Shown piece by piece: positions 12,201-25,293 of a DNA stretch of 64,000 nucleotides. Origin of the DNA: Azolla caroliniana (Eukaryota; Plantae; Polypodiophyta); NCBI GenBank assembly GCA_043228905.1, contig JBHGNT010000007.1, positions 16,244,001-16,308,000 on the forward strand. The letters are read 5' to 3'. The notes below the pieces were generated by a model, which made no database searches, was not told the origin of the DNA, and saw only the letters and a program-made list of their open reading frames with translations. Position 1 is the first letter of the stretch; the number at the start of each line of letters is the position of its first letter. Both the position numbers and the translations under genes were made by a program.

Positions 12201-15200
12201 GGGGGAGGGGAAGGTGGCACACACGATCGCACACGTACCGAGGAGTAAAATTCAAAGGGTCTTGGTTCTCCTTACAAGAGGCTGCATGTGCTCGACTTTC
12301 TAGTGGATATGCAGCCCTTAGATGTGCACATATACAATTCCAAGAGAAATTAAATAGTGGCTATTTGATACACTTGTCACATTGACACTTCTCTATGAAG
12401 TAAACCTTGGGATCAAGTCTTAAAAAAGGCAAACAATTGAAATGATTTGTAGAGACCTCTTATATGGACATGCATCTATCCCATGTGCTGCTGTGGATCT
12501 CTTCACATCAGTTAGAGATTGAGGCATGCAAATATGCATGAATACTTCTATTAGAAAGAATTTGCCAATTGCATCATAAGGGAGTGGAATCTGAAGAACA
12601 CCATGTTTGTCATTTGTATTATTTTCTATGCAATTGGAGGGAGATACCATTGTTTGTCTAAGCAAGGCTTTGGGTCACTAGACAAGGTAATAGAAAATGA
12701 GGACCATTGCAAGTGCTTCCCTTGCATTGGAGACCTCTCCATTCTGGATTGGCCTATTCTAGAGATCTTTTGAAGAAAAAAATTATAATTTATCTGCTTT
12801 GGAATCTTACATCTATAATTGTAGGGTAGGGCTTCTGTAGTAATCTATTTTGACTTTCTTTTCTACTTGGTACATTTATTTTGGTTTTTCGTTCTCAAAG
12901 ATAAGGCAACATTTTAAGATATAATCTGTTGTTTGTTTAATATATCTTTCTTTCTTGCTTTATTTTCTTCTATAGGTCTTCTCTTGGGGAAGGGGAAAAT
13001 ATGGCCAGCTTGGCCATGGCTCTATTGACAATGAAATAAGGCCCTTACAAGTTAAGGCTTTAGCAGATCAAATGATTATTCAGGTTGTGTGTGGTGGTGA
13101 TCATACACTGGCTGTGAATAACGATGGAGAAATTTTTGCGGTAAATTACTATCAGATTTGTAGATTTGTATGATGATTTTTAAGCCTCAATGGTATATTG
13201 ATTTTATATAAGAGTTCTGTTACAGTGGGGCAGAGGACATTGGGGTCAGACTGGATTAGGAACCTTGGAAGATGTACATACTCCAAAGCAAATAATTTTA
13301 CCTCACAATGAATTTATTATTCAAGCTTCTGCAGGTGCACGGCATTCTGTTGTTTTAAGTAGAGACAAAAAAATATATGGATGGGGGGATGGAGAACAAG
13401 GTCAGCTTGGACAAATTTCAAGGTGGGTATTTGAATTTCTAATGATTATAGTTGAAGATATCAGACTGTTAAATATCAGGGTAGCTGTCTAGAGTCTTAT
13501 GATTATGGTCCTCATCACTAAGGCTTTTTAAGTTATACAGCTTTTTCATCTATTCTTGGTGATTATGTACAGTAGCAAGGTGCAAACACAACCATTCCTC
13601 ATCACAGGGGTTATGGATGATGATTTAGATCCGTCTTTTGTGGTTGCTGCGGGCGAACATACTTTTATTGTATACAAGTCTCTATCTTCAAGGTGAGTTT
13701 TCTTCATGAGTTAAATTTTATTGGAAAATATTCTCGTTAACACCAGCCAGACATATGGTCTTAGGAATTGTTTCTTTATCCAATTGCAGAAATGAGAGAT
13801 ACAAGAACTCTCATGAACCAGATATATTAGGTACAAAAGAAGAAATCCATCCTGAGCCTTCTATATCACCCACTGATGAGAATGTCCATGGTAATGGACT
13901 CAGATCTGTTAAAGTTCCAGATTTGCTGGGATTACTTGAGGTATGATTTATCAGCAATGGTTCCTGATTTTGTCTTTTAGCATTGTGCTGCACATGCTTT
14001 CAGAGATTTCTAGAAAAAAATAGTCTGGTACTTCTAATAAACTCTGACTTCCAATGATCATTATTGTTTATTAAATTAATATGGATATTCGACTGGTGGG
14101 TAACCTCACTGATGTGAATAGGGTTGAAGAAAATGGCATAAGTATGGTCTTCAGAAGCTTATCTCAACAAAACTTTAATGTGGGATATCACAACTTGTTT
14201 GAGATTATTTGGTGCATCTTTGGTCATCAATTGAGTAGTTTCTGAAAACATCTTTGATCATCAGTTACTTAACTACTAACTACTTCAACAAAAACTGGTA
14301 GTGAAAACACTCTTTTTCCAGTTCTAACCTTTGAGAAGTATGTCCACTGGTTGTATAAAACTCTACTATTTCCATGTGATCTACAGTGTGTGGTTCCGTA
14401 AATGTTGAATGAATAGTGACAGAACCACTAGGGTCTAAATAAATGTGATAAAAGTTTTCAAAAAGTTGAGTAGTTACTACAAATCTAACTCTCTATTGCA
14501 GTGTAGCAACCACAAACTTCACTTTCTTGAGAAAGGCAATGATATGCATTGAGAGTCCATTAAGATTGGCCTTTAGATCACTTTAAGAACAAAGAACACA
14601 AATACGTCTTTGACCCATAAAACTGCTCAGTAAAATACGATACCCATTTTCAGAAAATCCCTGTATCTTTTTAGCTTGCAAGTCTTTGCTTGGTAAAAAC
14701 AATCTTATGAACTTTGTGCATCATACTTCTGATTTGACTGTACATATGATCTGTCTCACTGGACAAACCTGAACCTCAAAAGGCATTAATATAACCTTAC
14801 CTGTTTTTCTTTCTTTTTTATCCATGTGAAAAATAAGAACTTTCTGTCTCTGTTTATATTTATGTTTTGAAATATTAATAAAATTCTCTCTCCCTTCTCT
14901 ATTTTTGCATAAACGTTTTGCTGATGTTTATCACATACATGATTAGGATGGATCAGATTCAGCCAAAAAAATTACTCTAGTTGGTCATGCTGTGGAGGAT
15001 ATATTTTCATCTGTGAGATTTTTAATTCTAACATTTAAGCTTCAACCTTCCTTTTGGCGAAAACATGATGTTGAAGCTAATGGTATCCAGAAAGAACATT
15101 CAGGTATACTACAGATTCTTTAATTAGTATATTTCATTGTATGCTAAGCTAGTAGTATCTACAAACATTTAGGTACATCATAGCTTCTTTATAGTACAAC

Positions 15201-18200
15201 GTATTTCATTATGTGTGGCAAATATTCAACTCAGTTTTGTAATTATTTCCTCAGAGATTGATGGGCATGGACTTGATGTTGAATCTATTCGAAATGTCTA
15301 TCAACGAATTTTAGAATTGCGTAATCTAGAGGTAATGTCAGCTTGAACATAGTTGTGATTATATTCTTGATTGATATGTTCTTCGTTTTTGTTCCAACTA
15401 ATCTGCAGATACTGAAAAAACTTGGTGATTCTATAATCCGATTGTTTATGGGCATTGAGAAATACATGGCTAGTGTACCTCAATCACGATGGATAAGAGT
15501 ACTCCCTTCTCTAAGCTTATGCTATATTAAAACAGCTTTCATTGTTGTTATGTGTAATTAATTTTGAGTTAAACAAAAATTGCTCCACTAAAGAACAAAA
15601 TGCATGATTGCATTTCATGTCGAAAAACCTGAATGGGCTATTTAAGGAGTAATGGTAACTAGTGAAAAAGTAATTCTAACCACAGGCTCATGTATAACCA
15701 TGGATGTCCTGGTAGCTTGTGTGCTCAATAGAAAGTGATGAAAATTGGATTCTAAGTTCTAACAACTGATAACATTCAATGGAGCTTCCATGCATCAAGA
15801 TTATTCTTGAAGATTCTTGGGGCCCACTGTGGTGCTTGGCTTTTGCCAAACTACCAATAATATTGTTTGATTTTAAATCTGTTTCCTTGAAAGTAGAGTG
15901 TTGTCTTGTATTAGAATACATTGTAAAAAACATGTTTCGTAGGCAAATTCAGCTTTTGTTTAGTTTTGTGTTTCTTGAGAGAACCTTGTGTTCAATCAGA
16001 AATTCTATTGCAAGGTTCACACAAGTTATCGCACTAGTATACAATGAGATAATTTATTATCATTTGTACATGGACTATTGGAATACTATGAGAATGCTGA
16101 CTAGAAAATATTAGTTTCTCGTTGGCGTCACACTAGCATGCAATTGTGGCTCCAAGTGATCATATGCCCATAACAATATACTCTGGTCTTGATGTCTTGG
16201 CATGCTGTGACAACACATGTGCCACACTCATCTGAACAATGACCAGCCGCCGCTGTTATGAACAAGTTAAGTCTATTATTACCTAACACAGAAGATGCTT
16301 TTCTCACCTCGGAGACCTCTCCATCATGGACCCAATTTATGAGATCTAAGATTCCGCTAGTCCTCAAGCTGATGTCTACAAGGGTACAAAACTCTTTCTG
16401 AGCAAACAATGGCATCTCCTGTGGATATCAAATGTACTCTATATCTACAGATATGGTGCACTGATGTGTGTGGTTTCATTTAGGATATTCTGGCCTATAG
16501 ATAGACGTTAACATTCTGCGTTTGATCTTGGATTGATCCATGTTGGAGATCTTTCAAAGGCAGAAGTGCCAATCTATGTGAGCTCATTCGTTATGTTCTT
16601 AGGTAATGGGAATATCTAATATTTATTTCAGTTTGTTGCTCTCTAAGATGAGACAACATTTTCATTTGTAATCTCATTCACTCTCATAGGCCATTTGGGT
16701 CCCTTAACAGATATTCCTATGCTTTTCTTTATCTTTTTTTCCCCCATAACATTGTAATGTTAATTACTGGGGATATCTCCCTTTATGAAAAGACTTGTTT
16801 TATACTGTTAACTGGATGATATTGAAATGCATTACTAAATTCTATCTTTTGTCTCCTTATTCCAAGTTGTTTGGCACATTCCTCACTATTTTTTATGGAA
16901 TTTGGATAGGCTCTTCTGATTGGATTTCAAAGTCCTCTTATTGGTGAAAAAGGGTAAGGATCTACATGGTAATTGATATTAATTCTAAATTGGTGTCATT
17001 TGATGGAAACAAGCCGTTATTTTGGCAGTCTTGGAGAGATGGTATCAACGAGAATATTTTCAGCATTTTCTCAGTTATCTCAATCCAATGGAGCAGTATG
17101 TCACTTTGTTATACTCTTTTAGTTTTGAAATCACCGATCGTTGAAATTTGTTTAAAAATGAGGAAGTTGCATATGGTATTGTGCATTGTTCATAATTTTT
17201 CTAGAAAAATAGTAATGCCTTCTATTTATAATATCTATAATGCTTGAAATTGATGTGATCTGAAATATAAGCACAAACTGGCCTGGATGAGTTGCAAAGG
17301 TGCTCTTAAAAGAAAGAGTAAGGAAGCAGCAGACAGCTTTCTTTGCAATTTGAGGACTTGGCCCATTTTGGTCCATTTAGATTTATCTTGTGTTCTTGTT
17401 CTTTGAACACAGATGTACATGTTTCAGCTGACATAGGGAAAATATTGTAAATTGATGGTGCAGACCACAAGGTATATTAGTTTCAGCATTGGTGCATCAG
17501 GTTTTGAATCTAGTCAAAGTATCGTTGATTTCTGCTGCTATAGGGAAAGTGCTTGAAATAAAGCCTCTGTAGTGGCGTATTTTTCAGTAGATTCCAGAAT
17601 CTGAAGACAAAATTGCCTGCCTCATTCTGTTTCGCTAAATCTATATAATGGACCATAGCATAAAATATGTGTAGTTCTTCATGCATGGGTATGGTTGTTC
17701 TCTATGTATACATTTTCCCATTAGTTTTTCTGATCTTCTTTGTGATAGATTGCAGCATGTTTATGTAAAGCAGATATCATTAGGCTTCATATAAAGCAGA
17801 TATGTCAACTGTTGTTTTGACAAAGTTGATTCATACTTTAAAGAGTCAGTGAGATGCCTCCTCTGCCATTTGTAGGATAGTAGAGGAAAGGCATCAGCCC
17901 AGCTTTGGATTTTGGTGACATTCAGGCTTGTTTTTGTGCTTTCAGGAGTCATTGGGATTTCTCTAGTGGCATGTCAGGGAACCGAAGTAAAAGCATCAGA
18001 CTGCCTTAAGATTTGGGCACATTAAACCTGTTCTGCATTTCACTCATGGCCACTTTGTGTGGCATTACGCACCATCATAGTGGTTTCTTATTAATGGGTA
18101 AGGTTTCTTATTCATAGTGTAGTACCCTGGCCAACTTCCACATGGGGCTGTTGTGTAATTTCGTTTGGGTTTGCTCTTCCTCTGAAATTATGCCACACAG

Positions 18201-21200
18201 AGAACTGATGAACTTCAGCTACTGTTAATATATACCCTTCAAAAAGCAATTCTATGTTCTAACTGCTAGGCATGCTTTGAAAACCAAAAACATAATTTGA
18301 ACTAGAATTGTCAATGAGACCTAAGAAAGGTTGTGAGATGATTTTGGTGGATATCTTGTATGCATAAAGAGAGGTGTTAAAGGTGAAACTGAAATGTAAA
18401 ACACAAAGTAAATTTAATATTATCACGTTTCAAGGATTAGAAAGCAAGTATAAAACAGTACTAGAATTCCAAGTTTTTCAGAAATCTTCAGTCACTTATC
18501 TAGAATCATTGGTAAAAGCATATGTTCATACACAGAAAATCGCAGTATGGTTGAGGAGCTATCCTAAAGAAATTTTTGGTGGCCGTTTTGTTCGTGGTGT
18601 GCTGCGGTACTTGTCAAACAGGTATATTCCTATATTGTCTAAATTGCATGACGTTGTTCAGTGCAGTTCTGATTGTTGGGAACAATGTTTTCTAGAAATG
18701 ATTTCAGTTCCAGGAGAGGTATTGTCAAAGAGGTTACAACAGCAATAAAGGTATTTTAATGGAACAGTTCCTTGTGACTCCATTAATAGGAATAAAGAAT
18801 ATGATTCCATTTGATGTTATGAAAGAAAGCATTTCGTTTTATTTGAATCCCATGTTTTCATTGTTGATTTTGTATCTGCATATCCATCTAGGTACTTTTA
18901 ATCTAGTCCTTCAATAGGAAAAATGATTATGATTCCATTTGATGTTATGAAAAAAGGCATTTCTTTTCTGCCTCTGCGTCCCCCTCCTGTTGTCCATTCC
19001 CAAAAGCATCTCATCTCTCCATGTGTAGAGTGCAGGTTCTGTCATACTCAAAGAACAGTGCATATAGATGCTGTTCAATGTCTTTTTAGACATAGTGAGC
19101 ATGTTAGATTCCTCAAATGGATACCTGAATATTATAAATCGTTTTGCACGTTATAGTAACTTACACTTTTCAGTGAGACCCAGAAGAGTGTTTTTTGAGC
19201 TACCCCTTGTGCAGGATGGCATCATAGTATCTATTCTGCCTATTTTTCAACAGGTTTCAGCTTTCTATGGCTGAAAATTGAGCGTTGAATTCATCACTTT
19301 TGACATCGATGAGTAGAGAAAAAGCTCTGTGATGTTATTTAGACACGGCATTTCTTAGGGGTCAACATCCATTATGTAGCATTGGGATTATATTGTGAAT
19401 TCTGGTTGTAACAGGAACCCTCGTTCTTTTGAAAATTCTCTGACAAGTCTAATCCCTTTTAATTTCATTTGTTGGGGGAGATTGGAGAGAAGTCGTTAAA
19501 ATTTTATATGAAATATCTAACTCAGCTAGTTTTTGGTGTATGAAAACTTATCAGTATCAACTGATGGCTCTAAATGCTAGTCTATTTTTGTCATTATTTT
19601 TTCATTCTTCAAGGAGAAATTGGGAGAAAGTTTAAATATGGAGGACTTAACAAACTACAATGTCCTCAAATTTAGGCATTGTAAATAATCTAATGTGGGA
19701 GTTGCATGGAGCTTGACCTTCTAATAAAATCATGTTATTATGACCAGATCACTCTTTAAATTGATCATGCATACCATGGCTAAGTAACAATAATAAACTA
19801 ATTTTTTCTTTTGGGTTTAGGTTTTGTGGCTTTTACATGAAGCAAATAAGGCAGAGCATCTTATTTCTTACACAGAATTCTATAGCAAAGAGATCAGTGA
19901 AATTGCAGACTTACAAGTACGATATATTTAGTAAATATGTAAGGAATACTTTGCTTTCATAGATCTTTACCTAGCTCCGTTTTGGTCTCATGATGTAGGA
20001 AGACTATCTAAGATGGAACCATTATGCATATGAAAAGGATTTGAATTCATTTGTCTCATTTTGTCAGGTAACTATGTACAATTCTTGCCATTATTAAATT
20101 CATGATCTAGATAAACTCAGACAATACCTCATAATTTTGTAGGTTCCATTCATATTGACACCACAAGCAAAAAGCAAAGTCTTACAGGTACTAATTACTT
20201 AAATTTGATAATCGTACATATTTTATAAGAACACTCAATAAGAATATTTTGTGCTTAAATTTAGGTCGAAGCTAATATTTACAAGCAAAGGATAATGCAA
20301 GCATCTGTTTTCCAGCATCTTCTAGGGAATGTTCTTGCAATCCCCTTCCTCATACTGAGAGTATGAAACAATTAATGATTTTTCTTTACAGAATACCCAA
20401 ACATACGTGCATCTTATTTATGGAACTAAATTTCTTGTACAGGTTAGAAGAACCAACCTAATCCAGGATGCTCTGTGTCAGCTGCATGTGGACCATATTA
20501 ACTATAAGAAGCCTCTTAAGGTTTGACGTGTTACTTGTTATTTCACAAATGATTTGCCTGCTCCCTAAGGGGAACACTTGCTGTAAATGTGAAATAGAAT
20601 GTTTTAAGGAATTTTGTCTCCCTAGAAAGAAGGATTTGAATATAAAAACATTCAGCTTGAGGTAATCAGTTGACATAATACAAGCCATAACGAGGTACTA
20701 CTTTAGAGACATACAAAAAAACAGGGCTTCAGCAAGCACTACAGAGGAGTTGTGATTTTGTACATTCGAATTACGTCCAATGCCTGTTTTTAATTATTTC
20801 TTTAGTACAAGTTACTATACCCCTTGGTTTTGAAGAAAAAAGAAAACAGAAGGAAAAAGTCTAAAAAAAGATTAACTTCAATCCTGATGCTCCAAATTTC
20901 TATTAAGGCAAATGGTATGGTGGAAAAAATTTCACAGTCAAAGAAGACTCTAGTGTGTACCTCTGAATCAGGAAATTTAATTGGAGTACCCTCAAATGGA
21001 GATATGATTCATGTTTGCCAGCATGCCAGCAATCTCTACCCGAGTGACCATTCCATCATAAAGGCTGGCATGAGACAAAAACATGAATAACACTGTTTCT
21101 TTCACCATTTTCTTGTATGATTTTGTCTCTTTTCTTTAGGCTTAACTCATGCAGGATTCCTCTACATTTGCGTTTTCATTTCAATCACCATGTTTTCTTT

Positions 21201-24200
21201 AACATCCTTTCTTGGAGATCTTATCTATTGACACCTAGGATAGGGAAATTCCAGCTTGATCTCATTGTTAATTCCATGAACTCAAAAAAAGAGATAAAGA
21301 AAGAACTTTTGATGGTCATGTATGCTCATATAGCATGTGGATGTACTCTTCTAAGGTGATTCAGATTTCTTTGTCCATTATATAATAATCCTCCACTGAG
21401 AATTTTCAGTACCTAGTGTTACGTGAGATTTATTTAGTCAATCATCCCTTTGAGATGTTGAATATATACCCCTTGGGTTCAACTGAGTTGTATTCTAGAC
21501 ATTTCTCATGTGTTCCACAGATATTGGTACATAGGAGGAGAATAATGTGAATAGAAATTCTGGAAGAGGTCATGCACAATCCATGTGATACCATGTCAAT
21601 GAAATAAAACTGAATGTGTATTACAAAAAAAATGTTGATCTCTATACATTTGCTTTATGATACAAGTACTTACCTTCTTATAAATGGCTGATATTATAAC
21701 AAATATTTGCTAGGTTATATTTGAAGGTGAAGAAGGAGTTGATGAAGGGGGAGTGACAAAGGAATTCTTTCAACTTTTATGTCGTGAACTTTTCAATGCT
21801 GATTATGGTACCCTTTTATGAAAAACGGTTGATATTTTTATTTGGTTCAAATTTTACAAAATAAAGATGTAAGAAAATTGTAAATTAGGTAAAACTAGAA
21901 TGTAATTGACCTTCCAAGTGCGAGACAAAGTTTTCAAATTTCTATTAACACAGTAAAGGCCAATGAACTTTCTATGGATGGCCACCCTATCAAACATCAT
22001 CCAGTCCACCACGAGTGGCCCAAAGATATTAACTGTTATTAAAAGAAAGAAAGAAAAATATATTAACTTCTGTAAGAGATGAAAATGATCCATGAGTCTG
22101 AATGAGAAATTCTATTATGGATGTTGTCTCATTATAGAGAGGAACTGACAGAAGTCTAATGAGGGAACTGGTAGTTATTGTGTCACCTAGACAAACACCT
22201 GCATATAGTGTACACCACTAATACTATTATGTAGGTTAATTCATGAGAATCTCAGGTCATCTATCCTATCCGCATATCATTTCCAGGTTAGTAGAGCGAC
22301 TTTTGTTCTCCATATTGTTTAATGCATGGCAGCAGTTTCATTCTACCAGTCATATCCATGTGAGAGTGTCAGTGCAGGTAATCTGAGATGATCTCCTATA
22401 TGTACTACATATTCTATAAATTCTATATTTTTAGGAGCAGGCCTTCCAGGAAGCTTTCGTAGTAGCCTCAATAAGGAGAAAGAAAGAAAGATATATCAAA
22501 GTCTTTTAAGAGGCCAAAATGGCCTATAGGACCAAACAAGAGATTACATCTGAATTGTTGTTTTGTCTTTGAGAATAACCACCCAAAATAAATGTTATAA
22601 AAAACTGAAAATAAGATAAAATCCAATAAAATGTAAAGAATCTTGTTATCGACATATGTAAGATTCTGAAGTCAGCTATATTGTAATTTTGTCTTGCACT
22701 CATTGTTGGGATTCATATTTTAATGGCCTCAATTAGGTGCTACTGAATAAATTAGTGCTACTGAATAAATTTCAGTTCCATTTTTGTACTAGCGAGTATT
22801 TGATCTCAACTTATTGGAACTTCTAAACTTTCTACTCTACAAAAAATAAAGCATTGTTTTTCTAATAGGCCATCAGAACTCTACTTAGAGATGTCAATGC
22901 ATGTTTCCCTGTTTCAATGGGTTACATATATGAGTCATGTGTGTCCTTTATGTATTACAGGGATGTTTACATATAACGATGAAACGCGAAACTTCTGGTT
23001 CACCCCCAATTCTGTAGAATCAGCAGAGACGTTTGAATTGGTAACTAAGAGAATCAATTTTATATGAGCACCTTTTCTTATTTTATACACATTCTGTATC
23101 CTGATATCACATTTCATTTCAGGTGGGAACCATATTGGGTTTAGGCATTTATAACAACGTGATACTTGATGTTCACTTACCCCTTGTAAGTTTTCCCGTG
23201 CTACTAATGACTTCAAAATTTGATGTTCACTTACCCCTTGTAAGTTTTCCCGTGTTACTAATGCCTTCAAAATTCAGGCAATTTGTTTTCTTGCTTTATC
23301 TGTTACCCATACGGTAAGTAATATGCCCACAAAGGTATTGTAGATAGAATGGAAAGGGAAAATTATCTAAAATATTCTTACATGATACAAAATTACAACA
23401 ATGCGCTTGTCTATTTTCAAAATTACCAAAATATAGTTTGTCAAAGTTGAAACTCTCGATCACTCATGAAATGTAAGATAATATATAGAGAACTTTCTTG
23501 TGTATGAAGATATGGTCATATTCTTGTTTTTTCTGTAGGTCAATATTTAAATTCACCTTTGCATGCAGGTTGTCTACAAGAAGCTTCTGGGTGTCAAGCC
23601 TAATCTGGAAGACCTGAAGGACCTACAGCCACAGGTTGCCAAAAGCCTAAAGCAAATACTAGATTTTGATGGTGACATTGAAGACACATTTTCCTTAACA
23701 TTCCAGGTCTATTCTCAATCAAACTATTATTTTATGTGACATTTAGAGCATTTTCATTTTTGACAAGACAATTTTCAGGTCTCGTATGACTACTTTGGGG
23801 ATGTAAAACTTTATGATCTTGAACCTGATGGAGGAAATGTACCAGTTACAAATGAAAACAAAGAAAAGTAAGTTTGAAATCTTTTTGCTATTTTTCTTAG
23901 TCGTGGATAAAAGTCATTGATATAGATTAATCCCAAACCTTAAGTGTAGTAACAAAAATATTGATGCCAACGAGATGTTAAGTAACCATATTTCTGTGAC
24001 ATACAAAATTAATGGTCTTCTGCATGTTGAAACATATGTCACATGCCATAGAACAAAGTCCTGTTGACTGTAGGTTATCTGTGGTGCAAGTGTGTCACTC
24101 TTACGAAGTCGGCGTTCAGAGGGATGTACACAAGAATGTCATGAAACAACTGAACATTTTTTGGTTCGCTTGAGAAGATTAAGACAGGGAAGATACATCA

Positions 24201-25293
24201 TGAGGACTAATGTTTTCGATAGAAGTTACTGTGCAGTATCTAGGTTTCCATCTTGTATACAACGGTTTAGTAGAAAATAATATTCCAAAAATATTGTATG
24301 CTGAAATCTTCGATTTTGAAATATAATATTTTTCAGTTTCAATCTACTGAAGGAATAGTGTAAATGGAACTGCAGGTATGTAGAGTTATATGTAAAATAT
24401 TTGCTTGAAGACTCCGTGAAAACTGAATTTGCAGCCTTCAACAGGGGTTTCCAACAGGTCCTTTGCTTATCCGGCATGTTCTTTAATACCAAAAGTCAAT
24501 TCTCTCTAGCACTTTTTTGTTCATGAGCAAAAGTTATATACATCTGTTGTAGGTATGTGGAGGTCATGCTCTTCAGCTCTTCCACTATGAGGAGCTTGAA
24601 TTGCTTATATGTGGTCTCCCTCATTTTGACTTTGATGTAAGTCATTTTTCTGACACTATCAATGTGAAATTGTAAAATGACTGTCTGTGGATTTCATATC
24701 AAATTTTAATTTTGTAGGCCTTAGAGAGGGTCACTAAATATGAAGGAGGATACACAAAAGACAGTGACGTTATCAAATGGTTTTGGGAATTGGTGAGCTT
24801 GTCCCTTTGTATTTGGAAACCTCATGTTTACGCTGGAAACCTTCCAAGGAATGATATTGTTCAAGCCTCATATGATATGAAAGGCCTTCGAAGCTTTTGT
24901 GCATGATGAATGTGATTATTTGATGTTGCAGGTTAGAGAGATGACATTGGAGGAGAAGAAGTCATTGTTGTTCTTCACGACCGGAAATGACAGGGCACCA
25001 ATTGGTGGTTTAGGCAGTCTGCACTTTGTAATCCAGCGGAATGATGCCGATACTGAGAGGTAATCTTATGTTTTCAATTGTGTCCGGACCTAGACTTCCA
25101 CATTTTATGATGAGGACACATGATTCAATGTTGAGGACATTTGTTTGTTGTTTGTTCTTGTGGTGAGAGCAGACTTCCAACATCACATACATGCTTTAAT
25201 GTGCTGCTACTGCCCAAGTATGAATCTAAGGCTAAGTTAGAGAATAGGTTGAAACTAGCCATCTCCAATGCGATTGGCTTTGGTCTTCAATGA
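3280..25293 (+). CDS. RCC1-repeat + HECT domain E3 ubiquitin-protein ligase (small HERC / HERC3-4-like architecture), ~33 exons, ~1110 aa
   Basis: Manually spliced GT-AG exons with consistent phases: 3280-3349, 7999-8142, 9492-9647, 9759-9923, 10006-10124, 10890-10937, 12976-13140, 13226-13422, 13573-13692, 13790-13940, 14947-15103, 15255-15331, 15409-15498, 16910-16953, 17029-17095, 18536-18621, 19036-19094, 19174-19253, 19821-19916, 19999-20067, 20143-20187, 20265-20360, 20443-20520, 21714-21807, 22961-23040, 23123-23185, 23569-23706, 23779-23867, 24376-24457, 24553-24636, 24718-24792, 24932-25059, 25173-25293 (total 3333 nt, no internal stops). RCC1 repeats include [29 protein letters not shown] and VCGGDHT. 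HECT motifs include [37 protein letters not shown] and [15 protein letters not shown] (catalytic Cys codon 25192-25194), with C-terminal GFGLQ*. Exon 1 and exons 14-18 are the least certain. Confidence 0.9.
5780..5990. repeat. Decayed interspersed repeat (probably LINE-derived), with an inverted second copy at ~12420-12700
   Basis: ccaaagccttgctt...caatgacaaacat..tgttct..agattccactccc..atga..caattggcaaattcttt matches the reverse complement of sequence at ~12530-12680. The LINE assignment is tentative. Confidence 0.4.
6213..6462 (+). pseudogene. petB: Nuclear plastid DNA insert (NUPT): internal fragment of cytochrome b6, inside intron 1 of the E3 ligase gene
   Basis: Translates to [80 protein letters not shown], matching cytochrome b6 (YLTGGFKKPRELTWVTGV...[25 protein letters not shown]...[20 protein letters not shown]). 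It has a stop and a frameshift. Confidence 0.93.
11358..12065 (-). mobile_element. Truncated Ty1/copia 3' end (RNase H + PPT + putative LTR) antisense in intron 6
   Basis: ORF 11700..11891 ([21 protein letters not shown]...NPANTLTK) and upstream [20 protein letters not shown]-like sequence. PPT-like AAGTGGGAGA is at ~11665-11676. The outer LTR boundary is approximate. Confidence 0.8.
23166..23274 (+). repeat. 54-bp tandem duplication spanning the exon 26 donor site
   Basis: ttgatgttcacttaccccttGTAAGTtttcccgtg(c/t)tactaatg(a/c)cttcaaaatt occurs twice; donors are at 23186 and 23240. Confidence 0.95.

Noticed and set aside
7999-13692. UVR8 photoreceptor or stand-alone RCC1 gene
   Set aside because: No GWRHT tryptophan motifs, and the exons splice in frame into a HECT domain.
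18785-18965. ~50-bp diverged intronic duplication (a similar one at ~28186-28305 / 28562-28695)
   Set aside because: Ordinary local duplications with no evident effect on splicing or coding.
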